NCBI RefSeq assembly: GCF_965641715.1
Contig: NZ_OZ282453.1
Reading direction: 5' to 3' (one strand)
Length of the DNA: 64,000 nt
Source: Escherichia coli
Lineage (GTDB): Bacteria; Pseudomonadota; Gammaproteobacteria; Enterobacterales; Enterobacteriaceae
Numbering within the stretch: position 1 is the first letter of the stretch; each line of letters opens with the position of its first letter. The translations under genes and the position numbers were made by a program. The notes under the pieces are model-generated. The model searched no databases. It saw only the letters and a list, made by a program, of their open reading frames with translations, and was not told where the DNA came from. Shown here piece by piece: positions 1 through 9,417 of this stretch.

Positions 1-2288
1 CCACAACACGAAAATTTAAAACCGTTATCACCGATACGGGTGCAAAAAAATTAGCTCAGGCAGCCGCGCCAGATGGTAAGCCTGTCCGCCTGACTCATAT
101 GGCCGTGGGCGACGGTGGCGGCACGTTGCCCACACCAGACAGTAAGCAGACCCGTCTGGTGCATGAGGTGTGGCGACACACTGTTAATCGCGTCATCCTG
201 GACGCAACACATCAGAACCGCATTATTGCGGAGCTGGTTATTCCTCCAGAAACGGGCGGATTCTGGATCCGGGAAATTGGTGTGTTTGATGAGCACGGCG
301 ATTTAATCGCAGTAGGCAATACTGCCGAAAGTTACAAGCCAACCGTTGCCGAAGGGTCAGGACGTGCACAAACATTTCGCACCATTCTGACCGTATCCAG
401 CACTGCCACCGTGGCGCTTACCGTGGATAACACCATGGTAATGGCCACAGTGGATTACGTGGATGACAAACTGAAAGAGCATGAACACTCACGACGTCAC
501 CCGGACGCCTCGCTGACCGCAAAAGGCTTTGTTCAACTTAGCAGCGCCACTAACAGCACGTCTGAAACGCTTGCGGCAACGCCAAAGGCTGTTAAGGCGG
601 CATATGACCTGGCTAATGGCAAATACACCGCACAGGACGCTACCACTGCGCGAAAAGGGATAGTTCAGCTCAGTAGCGCCACCAACAGCACGTCTGAAAC
701 GCAGGCTGCAACGCCGAAAGCAGTAAAGGCCGCGTATGACCTTGCTAACGCAAAATATACCGCTCAGGACGCCACGACGGCACAAAAAGGGATAGTCCAG
801 CTCAGTAGTGCCACCAACAGCACGTCTGAAACACTGGCCGCGACATCGAAAGCGGTTAAGGCGGTAATGGATGAAACGAACAAGAAAGCGCCCTTAAACA
901 GTCCTGCGCTGACCGGAACGCCAACAACGCCAACTGCGCGACAGGGAACGAATAATACCCAAATCGCAAGCACGGCTTTCGTTATGGCTGCGATTGCCGC
1001 CCTTGTAGATTCGTCACCTGACGCACTGAATACGCTGAACGAGTTAGCGGCGGCGCTGGGAAACGACCCGAATTTTGCGACCACCATGACTAACGCGCTT
1101 GCGGGTAAGCAACCGAAAGATGCCACCCTGACGGCGCTGGCCGGGCTTGCTACTGCGGCAGACAGGTTTCCGTATTTTACGGGGAATGATGTCGCCAGCC
1201 TGGCAACCCTGACAAAAGTCGGGCGGGATATTCTTGCGAAATCGACCGTTGCTGCCGTTATCGAATACCTCGGTTTACAGGAAACGGTAAACAGGGCTGG
1301 TAACGCCGTGCAAAAAAATGGCGATACTTTGTCCGGTGGGCTTACTTTTGAAAATGACTCAATCCTTGCCTGGATTCGAAATACTGACTGGGCGAAGATT
1401 GGATTTAAAAATGATGCCGATGGTGACACTGATTCATACATGTGGTTTGAGACAGGCGACAACGGCAATGAATATTTCAAATGGAGAAGCAAACAAAGCA
1501 CCACAACAAAAGACCTGATGAATCTTAAATGGGATGCTTTGTATGTTCTTGTTAAAGCTCTTTTCAGCAGTGAAGTAAAAATATCGACAGTCAATGCACT
1601 GAGGATATTTAATTCATCTTTTGGTGCCATTTTTCGCCGTTCTGAAGAATGCCTGCATATCATCCCTACACGAGAGAATGAGGGGGAAAATGGTAATATA
1701 GGGCCACTACGTCCCTTTACGCTTAATCTCAGAACTGGCCGCATAACTATGGGGCATGGTCTGGATGTTACAGGAGATATAACAACTAACGCCTGGGTGT
1801 ATGCAAACAGGTTTGCTATTAATAGTGGCTCAACCTCATGGATTGATATGCGAAACCAGAATGTCATTTTTGGTAGAAACGCAGTATCAACAAGTTCTGC
1901 GCAGGCTTTGTTAAGACAAGACCATGCAGAACGCAAATTTTTTGTCGGTGGACTTGGTAACTACCAGTTTGGTTTTTACATGATTAATAACTCAAGGACA
2001 GCCAATGGCACCGATGGTCAGGCGTACATGGACAATAACGGTAACTGGCTTTGTGGCTCGCAAGTTATTCCTGGCAACTATGGCAATTTTGATTCCAGAT
2101 ATGTGAGAGATGTTCGCCTGGGTACGCGAGTTGTTCAATTGATGGCGCGTGGTGGTCGTTATGAAAAAGCCGGACACGCAATTACCGGATTAAGAATCAT
2201 TGGTGAAGTAGATGGCGATGATGAAGCCATCTTCAGGCCAATACAAAAATACATCAATGGCACATGGTATAACGTCGCACAGGTGTAA
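1..2288 (+). CDS. Phage tail fibre protein (P2 gpH-like), 5' end outside window
   Basis: Reading frame is open from base 3 to stop at 2286-2288. N-terminal MAVGDGGG and AKGFVQLSSATNSTSETLAATPKAVK motifs are typical of P2 H-type fibres. C-terminus ends in INGTWYN-like motif. Confidence 0.85.
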   Translation, partial: TTRKFKTVITDTGAKKLAQAAAPDGKPVRLTHMAVGDGGGTLPTPDSKQTRLVHEVWRHTVNRVILDATHQNRIIAELVIPPETGGFWIREIGVFDEHGDLIAVGNTAESYKPTVAEGSGRAQTFRTILTVSSTATVALTVDNTMVMATVDYVDDKLKEHEHSRRHPDASLTAKGFVQLSSATNSTSETLAATPKAVKAAYDLANGKYTAQDATTARKGIVQLSSATNSTSETQAATPKAVKAAYDLANAKYTAQDATTAQKGIVQLSSATNSTSETLAATSKAVKAVMDETNKKAPLNSPALTGTPTTPTARQGTNNTQIASTAFVMAAIAALVDSSPDALNTLNELAAALGNDPNFATTMTNALAGKQPKDATLTALAGLATAADRFPYFTGNDVASLATLTKVGRDILAKSTVAAVIEYLGLQETVNRAGNAVQKNGDTLSGGLTFENDSILAWIRNTDWAKIGFKNDADGDTDSYMWFETGDNGNEYFKWRSKQSTTTKDLMNLKWDALYVLVKALFSSEVKISTVNALRIFNSSFGAIFRRSEECLHIIPTRENEGENGNIGPLRPFTLNLRTGRITMGHGLDVTGDITTNAWVYANRFAINSGSTSWIDMRNQNVIFGRNAVSTSSAQALLRQDHAERKFFVGGLGNYQFGFYMINNSRTANGTDGQAYMDNNGNWLCGSQVIPGNYGNFDSRYVRDVRLGTRVVQLMARGGRYEKAGHAITGLRIIGEVDGDDEAIFRPIQKYINGTWYNVAQV
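522..870 (+). repeat. Tandem in-frame coding repeats in tail fibre (two full 132-138 nt units plus a partial third)
   Basis: Peptide (G/I)VQLSSATNSTSET(L/Q)AATPKAVKAAYDLAN(G/A)KYTAQDATTA(R/Q)KG occurs twice in full and a third time partially. Nucleotide copies differ at synonymous positions. Confidence 0.8.
1258..1283. other. gix/pix-like invertase crossover site (left), inside tail fibre gene
   Basis: ttatcgaatacctcggtttacaggaa is an imperfect inverted copy of 4323-4348 and resembles the Mu gix site as recalled. Confidence 0.7.
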
Positions 2289-2819
2289 ATGATGCAGCAT
2301 TTAAAAAATATTAAGTCTGGAAATCCTAAAACGAAAGAACAATATCAGCTAACAAAGAATTTTGATGTTATCTGGTTATGGTCCGAAGACGATAAAAACT
2401 GGTATGAGGAAGTGAAAAACTTTCAGCCAGACACAATAAAGATTGTTTACGATGCAAATAATATTATTGTCGCCATCACTAAAGATGCCTCCACGCTTAA
2501 CCCTGAAGGTTTTAGCGTCGTTGAGGTTCCTGATATTACAGCCAACCGCCGCGCTGATGATTCAGGAAAGTGGATGTTTAAGGATGGAGCTGTAGTTAAA
2601 CGGATTTATACGGCAGACGAACAGCAACAACAAGGCGAATCACAAAAGGCCGCATTGCTTTCCGAAGCTGAATCAGTCATCCAGCCGCTGGAACGCGCTG
2701 TCAGGCTGAATATGGCAACAGACGAGGAACGCACACGACTGGAAGCATGGGAACGCTACAGTGTTCTGGTCAGCCGTGTGGATACGGCAAATCCTGAATG
2801 GCCACAAAAGCCTGAATAA
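2289..2819 (+). CDS. Tail fibre assembly chaperone (gpG/Tfa-like), cassette A
   Basis: 176 aa ORF directly after fibre stop. N-terminus [23 protein letters not shown] and C-terminal region match the Tfa family; paralogous to 2848-3381. Confidence 0.85.
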   Translation: MMQHLKNIKSGNPKTKEQYQLTKNFDVIWLWSEDDKNWYEEVKNFQPDTIKIVYDANNIIVAITKDASTLNPEGFSVVEVPDITANRRADDSGKWMFKDGAVVKRIYTADEQQQQGESQKAALLSEAESVIQPLERAVRLNMATDEERTRLEAWERYSVLVSRVDTANPEWPQKPE

Positions 2820-2826
2820 AAATTAA

Positions 2827-2842
2827 GGCCCGCGATCGGGCC
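2827..2842. terminator. Short GC hairpin between convergent tfa genes
   Basis: ggcccg-cgat-cgggcc palindrome; T-rich flank on the minus-strand side only. Confidence 0.4.
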
Positions 2843-2847
2843 TTGTC

Positions 2848-3381
2848 TCATTCAGGTTGTTCGGGAAATGTTACTGGCAGGCTGGAGGTGTCTGTAGATT
2901 CGACTTTCTGCGCATAGAGCATCCACTCGGTTAATTTTTGTTTATTCTCGTCGGAAATGATGCCCAGCCGTAGCTGTGAGTCCCATAGCTGGGTTTTATC
3001 CCTAACGAGCTGTAGCAGGCTTTGCTTTTCATTTTCCGCCTGCTGCCTCTGCTCTTCCTCGGTATAAGTTCGCTTTACCACTACGCCATCTTTGAACATC
3101 CATTTACCAGAAATATCAGCCCGGCGATTTGCTGTAATATCAGGAACCTCAACGACGCTTGCGCCTTCTGGATTAATTGCTGAAACATCCTTTTCAATAC
3201 AAATAATAACGTTGTTGTGGTCATAGACCATTTTCAACGTATCAGGCTGAAAGTTCTTTTGTTCCTCATACCAGTTTTTCCCATCCTCTGTATAAAGCCA
3301 TTTGATGTTAAATTGTTTCGTTAGCTGGTATTGCTCTTTTGTTTTAGGGTTGCCAGCAGTAATATTTTTTAAGTGCATCAT
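2848..3381 (-). CDS. Tail fibre assembly chaperone, alternative cassette B
   Basis: 177 aa minus-strand paralogue of the 2289-2819 product ([22 protein letters not shown]...), convergent with it. Confidence 0.8.
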   Translation of the reverse strand: MMHLKNITAGNPKTKEQYQLTKQFNIKWLYTEDGKNWYEEQKNFQPDTLKMVYDHNNVIICIEKDVSAINPEGASVVEVPDITANRRADISGKWMFKDGVVVKRTYTEEEQRQQAENEKQSLLQLVRDKTQLWDSQLRLGIISDENKQKLTEWMLYAQKVESTDTSSLPVTFPEQPE

Positions 3382-3383
3382 AA

Positions 3384-4322
3384 TTAAATACTCCCCGCGT
3401 TATACCACGTCCCATTAATGCAATACTGAATTGGCCTTGCCTGAGTTGTATCAATTAATTCATCACGGTTTCCGTTAACTGAACCCGTAACGACATAACC
3501 TGACCTGTCAGACCAGCCGGGACCATTCCATGTCTGAACAGATGACAGACCGCCAAGGCGAATACCTGTAATAAACCTTGAGTTACATTCTGCCTGCGTG
3601 TATGCACCAACATCTCCCGCAGAGGGTTTGCGGGTCGTGGTGTAAAACTCTGACCAGTTAGCCTCAAATCCATAACCATCACGCGCTGAACGATAAAAAA
3701 TACCGCCGTTCCTGTAATTCACGCGGAACTGTACAGCAGGGCAGCTCCCCGTATTCATATTGAAGTGGAGGATTAATGTCGATGCACCGCTGATATCTGC
3801 ATCATAAACACCGCTATTCCAGTTCCAGCCAACAGCTTTATCATTTGCAACCCTGCTTCCTGTTTGCCCTAAAGCAAATGCAGGCTGCTGGTTTTTCGTG
3901 TTGTAGTCTCTTCGCCAGCCAGGAGCATAAGCATCACCATGATTAATATAAGTGAATTGAGCGTTAGAGGTGCCGCCTCCGGTGGAAGTGCTTGGTGTTG
4001 TTACACGGATGGTCATGGCACCTTTATTACCCATAACCTCAATAACGCAACCTGCAAGATGAATAGTTCCACAGCCAGTATCGGTAATAATTTTATTATT
4101 GCCGTATGACCATGAACATTTGCACATCCAGTATGGGTGATTGAATGCCCCTTGAGAATCCAGCCATTCAATCAATTGTGCCGTTGTCCAGTTCCCTGCC
4201 CCTGTACTAATAGCACTGTGAAAAGCGCGACATGCACCAATATTTTTTGTGAAGGTATCTTTTCCTGGAATATCTGCGCCGTTCTGGTTTTTCTGTAATG
4301 CGCCAGAAGCCTGATTTACCGT
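3384..4322 (-). CDS. Promoterless alternative tail-fibre C-terminal cassette, expressed only after inversion
   Basis: Minus-strand frame is open from the crossover site at 4323 to a stop at 3384. It begins ...[12 protein letters not shown], matching the [11 protein letters not shown] junction of the plus-strand fibre, and ends [11 protein letters not shown]. It has no start codon of its own upstream. Confidence 0.75.
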   Translation of the reverse strand, partial: TVNQASGALQKNQNGADIPGKDTFTKNIGACRAFHSAISTGAGNWTTAQLIEWLDSQGAFNHPYWMCKCSWSYGNNKIITDTGCGTIHLAGCVIEVMGNKGAMTIRVTTPSTSTGGGTSNAQFTYINHGDAYAPGWRRDYNTKNQQPAFALGQTGSRVANDKAVGWNWNSGVYDADISGASTLILHFNMNTGSCPAVQFRVNYRNGGIFYRSARDGYGFEANWSEFYTTTRKPSAGDVGAYTQAECNSRFITGIRLGGLSSVQTWNGPGWSDRSGYVVTGSVNGNRDELIDTTQARPIQYCINGTWYNAGSI

Positions 4323-4348
4323 TTCTTGTAAACCGAGGTTTTAGATAA
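4323..4348. other. gix/pix-like invertase crossover site (right)
   Basis: ttcttgtaaaccgaggttttagataa, inverted partner of 1258-1283, immediately upstream of the invertase gene. Confidence 0.7.
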
Positions 4349-4402
4349 TGGCCGTTTCTGACCTGCATGGCATGATTTACGCTTTTGGACGGGAGATTCA
4401 GC

Positions 4403-4990
4403 GTGCTGATTGGCTATGTAAGGGTATCAACAAATGACCAGAATACAGACCTGCAACGAAACGCTCTTGTTTGTGCAGGATGTGAACAAATATTTGAAGA
4501 TAAATTAAGCGGGACAAAGACAGACCGACCGGGATTAAAACGCGCTTTAAAGCGTCTTCAAAAAGGTGACACGCTGGTTGTCTGGAAACTGGATCGCCTC
4601 GGGCGAAGCATGAAACATCTGATTTCTCTCGTCGGGGAACTACGGGAGCGAGGGATTAATTTTCGCAGTCTGACCGACAGCATAGATACATCTTCTCCAA
4701 TGGGGCGTTTTTTCTTCCACGTGATGGGTGCCCTGGCTGAAATGGAACGTGAATTAATTGTTGAACGTACACTGGCCGGACTGGCAGCAGCGCGCGCACG
4801 GGGGCGCACAGGCGGACGTCGCCCGAAGCTGACAAAAGAACAGCATGAGCAAATAGCAAGGCTGATTAAAAACGGTCACGACAGAAAACAACTGGCAATA
4901 ATTTACGGCATTGGTACATCGACGATTTATCGTTACCACCCCGCAGGAGAATCAAGCGGAGCAATAGAGAAGAGTCAGAAAACAAAATAA
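4403..4990 (+). CDS. Serine DNA invertase (Pin/Gin/Hin/Cin family)
   Basis: N-terminus (V)LIGYVRVSTNDQNTDLQRNAL with catalytic serine context and a C-terminal helix-turn-helix region. Probable GTG start at 4403; the ORF track starts at a TTG at 4385. Confidence 0.9.
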   Translation: MLIGYVRVSTNDQNTDLQRNALVCAGCEQIFEDKLSGTKTDRPGLKRALKRLQKGDTLVVWKLDRLGRSMKHLISLVGELRERGINFRSLTDSIDTSSPMGRFFFHVMGALAEMERELIVERTLAGLAAARARGRTGGRRPKLTKEQHEQIARLIKNGHDRKQLAIIYGIGTSTIYRYHPAGESSGAIEKSQKTK

Positions 4991-5018
4991 CCGCTAATCT
5001 GACCATTAGCGGTTTTTG
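4990..5018. terminator. Bidirectional intrinsic terminator between invertase and tail gene U
   Basis: accgctaat-ctgacc-attagcggt hairpin followed by TTTTT; the reverse strand is also T-rich. Confidence 0.65.
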
Positions 5019-5025
5019 TGTTAAA

Positions 5026-5520
5026 TCAGAACAGCCCTTTAACTGAACTGGCCGCGCTGTTAAGAGATGATGTCACCTTATCTTTGAAGCCGGACAGCAT
5101 ATCGCTGAACGATGAGGATTGCAGGCGCTCCCGCAAATCCTCATCACAGCGTTCAAGGGTCAGTGAAAATTCTATCTTTTTCGCCTTACCGTAGCGATCA
5201 AACTCGGAACGGGTCGTATTCGTTCCGGTCAGGACATACATGCCGTAAATCTGCCCGACACCATCAATCAGAGGCCAGGGGCGTCCTGTATATGCCTGCG
5301 TGGTCAGCAACGAAAGCGACACTTCGCCACCTGTAATTTCAGGATAAAGCACACCAGAAAGAACGATGCGATCATCGCCTGCCCCGATATACTGCCAGCT
5401 TGCTGAACGGTTAACGCGTTCATTTTTCACATGCCGCCAGCTTTTGTTTTGCTGTAACTGCTGATGCGGCAACGTGCGCAGCTCAAAAACAAACATGCCG
5501 TAGATCATCATCATGGCCAT
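5026..5520 (-). CDS. Phage tail protein (P2 gpU-like)
   Basis: 164 aa ORF immediately downstream of the tape-measure gene on the minus strand; size and position match gpU. Exact start among the N-terminal Met codons is uncertain. Confidence 0.7.
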   Translation of the reverse strand: MAMMMIYGMFVFELRTLPHQQLQQNKSWRHVKNERVNRSASWQYIGAGDDRIVLSGVLYPEITGGEVSLSLLTTQAYTGRPWPLIDGVGQIYGMYVLTGTNTTRSEFDRYGKAKKIEFSLTLERCDEDLRERLQSSSFSDMLSGFKDKVTSSLNSAASSVKGLF

Positions 5521-5526
5521 GACTCC

Positions 5527-8334
5527 TCAATCTTTATCGTAAAAACTGCCACGCCCGGCACGGGCGCGCCGTTCCATTTCTGCCCTGACCATTTCACCGA
5601 CCAGTTTCGCCAGTTCGCGGGGATTCTGCGTAACAACGTTATGCAGATGAACATGAATTTCACCACCAAATCCGGAGGCAACAGGCTCCCGGTTACGGGA
5701 AGTTACAGGAACTGATGCCACTGGAGATCGTATGGCCTCCGCCACCGGGCGGGAGCTGGCCGCAACAACAGGGACCAGCGCCGGAGGCAGCGGAGCCGGG
5801 ACCACGGGGGTGATATTAATTGCGGGGGCAGGCTTACTGACCTGCGCAATCTTCCGCTCCTGCCACTCCCCACGAACAGCAAGTGCGCGGGGCAGGTTCT
5901 TAAAGACAATATCGCCGGGGCCAATGCGTTTTTTCGTCTCATCAACCAGCTTACCTGTGTTATCAGCAATTTTGCTGAGTCTGCGTAGCGTCCCGGTATT
6001 GCTGTCTGTGAGCGGTTTATTGTCTTTGGGGTTATCACCTCCGGTGCCATTGCCATTTTCCACAGGCTTCGGCGGATTGATTTTCGCCAGGTCCCCCTGA
6101 AGCAAGGCAACCTTGTCCTGAAGAATGGCCGCACGCTGTGCGTCTTCGATTTTCTTTCTCGCCCTTTCCGCTTCATCCGGAAGCACACCGAGTTTTTCAA
6201 GTATCCACGCCAGCGTATCCAGCAGCATTTTTGCAGGCGTCAGAACAAGCTGTAGCGCGCCACCAAGAACGTTACCGAATATCTCGCCAGCACTGGTACA
6301 TTTATCCAGCGTTTCCTTGCTGGACTCCATCGGTGACAGCAGCGATTTAAACCAGTTAAAGAGCTGAATAATCCCATCGCGCACGACATCAAAAACAGGA
6401 CCAAACCGTTCAAAGGTTTCGCGCAACGGAGCCAGCCGTTCCATAATTCCACTGAACACCCCGGCATAAAACGCCTTGATGGGTTCCCAGTATTTCCAGA
6501 TGAGAACCGCCGCAGCCACAAACGCGGCAACAATCAATCCGACCGGACTGAACAGCGCCCCGATAGCGCCACCCAGCAACGAGATGGAACCTGTTACCAT
6601 TCCCCATAGTGCTGGCAGCACCCTGACGACATTCATTGATCCGGTCAGGAGAGAAAAACCAAGACGTAACGTGGCCAGTTTCCCGTGAAGCACGCCAATA
6701 ACCAGCGACAACGAGCCAATCGTTGCAGTCATTGCCAGCAACGCACCGCCTGCTATCAGTAGCTGGCGCGTCAGTGCCGGATGGGCCTGCGCCAGCGCCG
6801 TCACCCTTGATACCACCCGCGTGAGCCACTGCGTGACAGAACGCAGCGGGCCGTCAATCAGATCTGCAATGCGGATGCGCAACCCTTCCCATGCACTGCC
6901 GAGTGATTTCAGATCGCCGTCAAGGTTGTTGGCCATAACCTTTGCTGTGCGTTCAGCCTCACCGCGCGCGCCTTCAAGTTCTTTTCTCAGTTTAGGTAAG
7001 GAACCGTCACCCGCTGCATCAACGAGCGCCATAAACGATGTGAAAGCCTCTTCTCCGGCAATGTCCTTAAAGAACGATACCCGGTCAACTTCCCCGTATT
7101 TGCGGGTGGCTTTATAAAGGTCGGCCAGCACATCCTCCATCGGGCGCATTTTGCCGTTCGCGTCAGAGACTGCCACACCAAGCTCTTTCAGCGCCTCTGC
7201 TGCCGCCTTTGGCGGTGATGCAAGACGAGCCAGGCTGGCACGCATTGCCGTCCCGGCATCACTTCCCCTGATACCCATATTCGCCAGCACGCCCGCCATC
7301 GCTGCGGCCTGCTCCAGCGATATTCCCAGCTTGCCCGCCACCGGACCTGCATATTTCATGGTTTCGCCCAGTGCGCGAAGGTCAGTGTTGGTACGGGTAA
7401 ACGCTGCGGTGAGCGTGTCACCGACCCGGTCCATCTGGTCAGCAGAAAGGCCGAACTGCGTCAGGATATTTGAGCCAATATCTGCCGTCTCGCCGAGATC
7501 CATACCGCCAGCCGTTGCCATGCTCAGCACTCCGGGGAGCGCAGCCTGAATGGCCTGCGGTGTGAAGCCAGCCATTGCAAGAAATGCCTGCCCACTGGCG
7601 GCATCGCCTGCGGTGAACTGCGTTTCAGAGCCAAGTTTTAACGCCTGCTCACGCAGCGCCTTAAACTGCGGGCTGTTCTGGTCGATTCGCGTCAGCGCCT
7701 GAACGCGGGACATCTCTTTGCCGAACCCGATCGCGGGCTGCAAAAAACGCCCGGCAGCATAGCCGCCCGCCGCTGCCGCACCAATTGCCAGCGCACCACC
7801 TGTTTTCAGTTTTCCCGCGGTTTCCTGCGCGCGCGAATACCGCTCACGCGCCCGCGTTACACGCGCAAGCGCCTGCCGTTCGCGTTCAAGCTGGTTGTTG
7901 TACTGTTCGGTGCGTCTGATGGCCTGCTGGATGGTGTTATCGCTGCCTGTCAGGGAAATGCCGTGGCGTTTCAGCTCTCCGCCAAGTTCCCGCATTTTCT
8001 GAATTTCCCGTGTGCGCGATTCATTCAGGCGTTCAAGCCGGGTGCTTAACTGCTGCATCAGCTTTTGTTGTTTTTCGCTGAGCACTGTACCCGTGCGTTG
8101 TAACTGATTAAGAGCGTTAAGCTGGCGTCGTGCTTTCAATATGCCAGCATCCGCTTTACTGACAGCGTCACGGGCGCGCTCAAATGAACGCGCCTGACGC
8201 TCGAGATTTTTGATCGCCCCCTGCGTTCGCTGGATGGAGTCACCAAACTGCCCCATCAGGCGGCGGGCGTTTTCGGCAGGCCGGGTCAGCCTGTCAACGG
8301 CGCTGAAAGCGACCCGGATATCAAGAGTCTTCAT
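5527..8334 (-). CDS. Tail tape-measure protein (P2 gpT-like)
   Basis: About 935 aa, Ala/Gly-rich with predicted coiled-coil and membrane-like segments, downstream of the E/E' pair. ATG start at 8334 preferred over the GTG at 8370. Confidence 0.85.
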   Translation of the reverse strand: MKTLDIRVAFSAVDRLTRPAENARRLMGQFGDSIQRTQGAIKNLERQARSFERARDAVSKADAGILKARRQLNALNQLQRTGTVLSEKQQKLMQQLSTRLERLNESRTREIQKMRELGGELKRHGISLTGSDNTIQQAIRRTEQYNNQLERERQALARVTRARERYSRAQETAGKLKTGGALAIGAAAAGGYAAGRFLQPAIGFGKEMSRVQALTRIDQNSPQFKALREQALKLGSETQFTAGDAASGQAFLAMAGFTPQAIQAALPGVLSMATAGGMDLGETADIGSNILTQFGLSADQMDRVGDTLTAAFTRTNTDLRALGETMKYAGPVAGKLGISLEQAAAMAGVLANMGIRGSDAGTAMRASLARLASPPKAAAEALKELGVAVSDANGKMRPMEDVLADLYKATRKYGEVDRVSFFKDIAGEEAFTSFMALVDAAGDGSLPKLRKELEGARGEAERTAKVMANNLDGDLKSLGSAWEGLRIRIADLIDGPLRSVTQWLTRVVSRVTALAQAHPALTRQLLIAGGALLAMTATIGSLSLVIGVLHGKLATLRLGFSLLTGSMNVVRVLPALWGMVTGSISLLGGAIGALFSPVGLIVAAFVAAAVLIWKYWEPIKAFYAGVFSGIMERLAPLRETFERFGPVFDVVRDGIIQLFNWFKSLLSPMESSKETLDKCTSAGEIFGNVLGGALQLVLTPAKMLLDTLAWILEKLGVLPDEAERARKKIEDAQRAAILQDKVALLQGDLAKINPPKPVENGNGTGGDNPKDNKPLTDSNTGTLRRLSKIADNTGKLVDETKKRIGPGDIVFKNLPRALAVRGEWQERKIAQVSKPAPAINITPVVPAPLPPALVPVVAASSRPVAEAIRSPVASVPVTSRNREPVASGFGGEIHVHLHNVVTQNPRELAKLVGEMVRAEMERRARAGRGSFYDKD

Positions 8335-8538
8335 TGTCTGTATTCCCGCTGCGAAGTGCCGCCCGCTCACGCCAGCTAACCACTTCGCCGGGAGTCATCA
8401 TGAAGATTTCGGCGGGCGACCAGTTAAAAATGGCGGCAATATCCGCCACAAAGTCTTCTATGTGCTCAAAGCACACAACCGTGATCAGGCTTCCGTCGCC
8501 TGTTCGTTCTTCCCGCCAGAGTCCGCACCGCTCAAAAA
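8321..8538 (-). CDS. E' extension frame of tail chaperone, reached by programmed -1 frameshift from E
   Basis: A 78-codon frame overlaps the 3' end of E and ends at the tape-measure start. It is entered at the minus-strand TTTTTTG heptamer. Confidence 0.6.
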
Positions 8539-8850
8539 ATTTACGGCAACCACACATAACTGAATAAAGTCACGGGATGCCATTTTTTTGATCGTCACTT
8601 CATCCAGTCGCGGTGATGTCACGCGTGACAGCAGCGTAAACATGGATTCCGCTTTCAGATTCAGCACATCAGACAGCGACAAATCTCGCAGAGATCCAGC
8701 CTGCTCAATAGCCCCGGTGATCTCCACATACGTGATTTTTTCGCCGCCTCGCTCAATTGGTTGGGTAAGTTTTACGCCACGCTCACTGGTTTCTTTCACA
8801 GTGTCAGTAACTACCGTGTTTTCGGTATCGATGTTTTTCGTCTCTTTCAT
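8485..8850 (-). CDS. Tail assembly chaperone (P2 gpE-like)
   Basis: Small ORF between the tail tube and tape-measure genes, with an overlapping -1 frame. True start may be internal. Confidence 0.7.
   Translation of the reverse strand: MKETKNIDTENTVVTDTVKETSERGVKLTQPIERGGEKITYVEITGAIEQAGSLRDLSLSDVLNLKAESMFTLLSRVTSPRLDEVTIKKMASRDFIQLCVVAVNFLSGADSGGKNEQATEA
8532..8538 (-). other. Candidate -1 frameshift slippery heptamer TTTTTTG (E/E')
   Basis: Plus strand reads caaaaaa at 8532-8538; on the minus strand the E frame reads gta aat ttt ttg agc. Same arrangement as the P2 E/E' recoding site. Confidence 0.6.
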
Positions 8851-8904
8851 CAGGAAACTCCTTTCAGTCAGAGGCGACGCACTGCGCCGCCTGCATATTA
8901 CTTA

Positions 8905-9417
8905 TCAGCCAAGCCCAAGCGCGGAACGGATACGGTCAGGCACAATGTCCTTGCCGTCCTTCCGGTAGATGAAGTTCAGCAGGTCAATCTCCCACAACGG
9001 GCGATCGTTAACACTCAGCTTGTAGTAGGTGTTTTTAATGGCGTAAGTGTGTGATGTGGCTTCGCCCTGTTTGGCTTCCCCCATATCAATTTCCGTCACA
9101 CGTCCGCGCATTTCGACTTCATACAGGTCGCTTTCTGCATCGGTGTAGTATTCACCCGCAAAACGCAGCAGCGTGCCGTCAATCGTGCCGCCATACTTAA
9201 GGAACAGCTCACGAACTGCGCCCCCCATGACAAAGCTCGCATCAAGCGCGGAGTCGTCCAGACCGAGATCAATACTTACCGCACCCATCATGCCGCCACC
9301 CCGGTAGCTGTCGGTTTTGCGCGTCAGCTTAGGCAGAGTGACGGACGTCACCTTACCCACTTCGTTTTCACCATCCACAAACAGCGTAAAAAAGCGAAGA
9401 TGTTTTGGCACAGCCAT
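8905..9417 (-). CDS. Tail tube protein (P2 gpFII-like)
   Basis: 170 aa, start overlaps the sheath stop (shared A at 9417); position and size match FII. Confidence 0.85.
   Translation of the reverse strand: MAVPKHLRFFTLFVDGENEVGKVTSVTLPKLTRKTDSYRGGGMMGAVSIDLGLDDSALDASFVMGGAVRELFLKYGGTIDGTLLRFAGEYYTDAESDLYEVEMRGRVTEIDMGEAKQGEATSHTYAIKNTYYKLSVNDRPLWEIDLLNFIYRKDGKDIVPDRIRSALGLG

Noticed and set aside
764-1936. 390-aa minus-strand ORF antisense to the tail fibre gene
   Set aside because: It lies entirely inside a strongly supported, repeat-rich plus-strand gene, has no RBS or recognisable domain, and long antisense ORFs are common in Ala/Thr-rich genes.
4991-5025. Resident invertase as the cause of the FI-U block inversion
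   Set aside because: Neither breakpoint (4991-5025, 10602-10758) contains a sequence resembling the gix-like sites at 1258-1283 and 4323-4348, and the invertase gene itself is not inverted.
5703-7549. Several 100-165 aa ORFs on both strands inside the tape-measure gene
   Set aside because: All are nested within the 935-aa tape-measure frame with low-complexity Ala/Arg/Ser composition typical of out-of-frame translation of GC-rich coding DNA.
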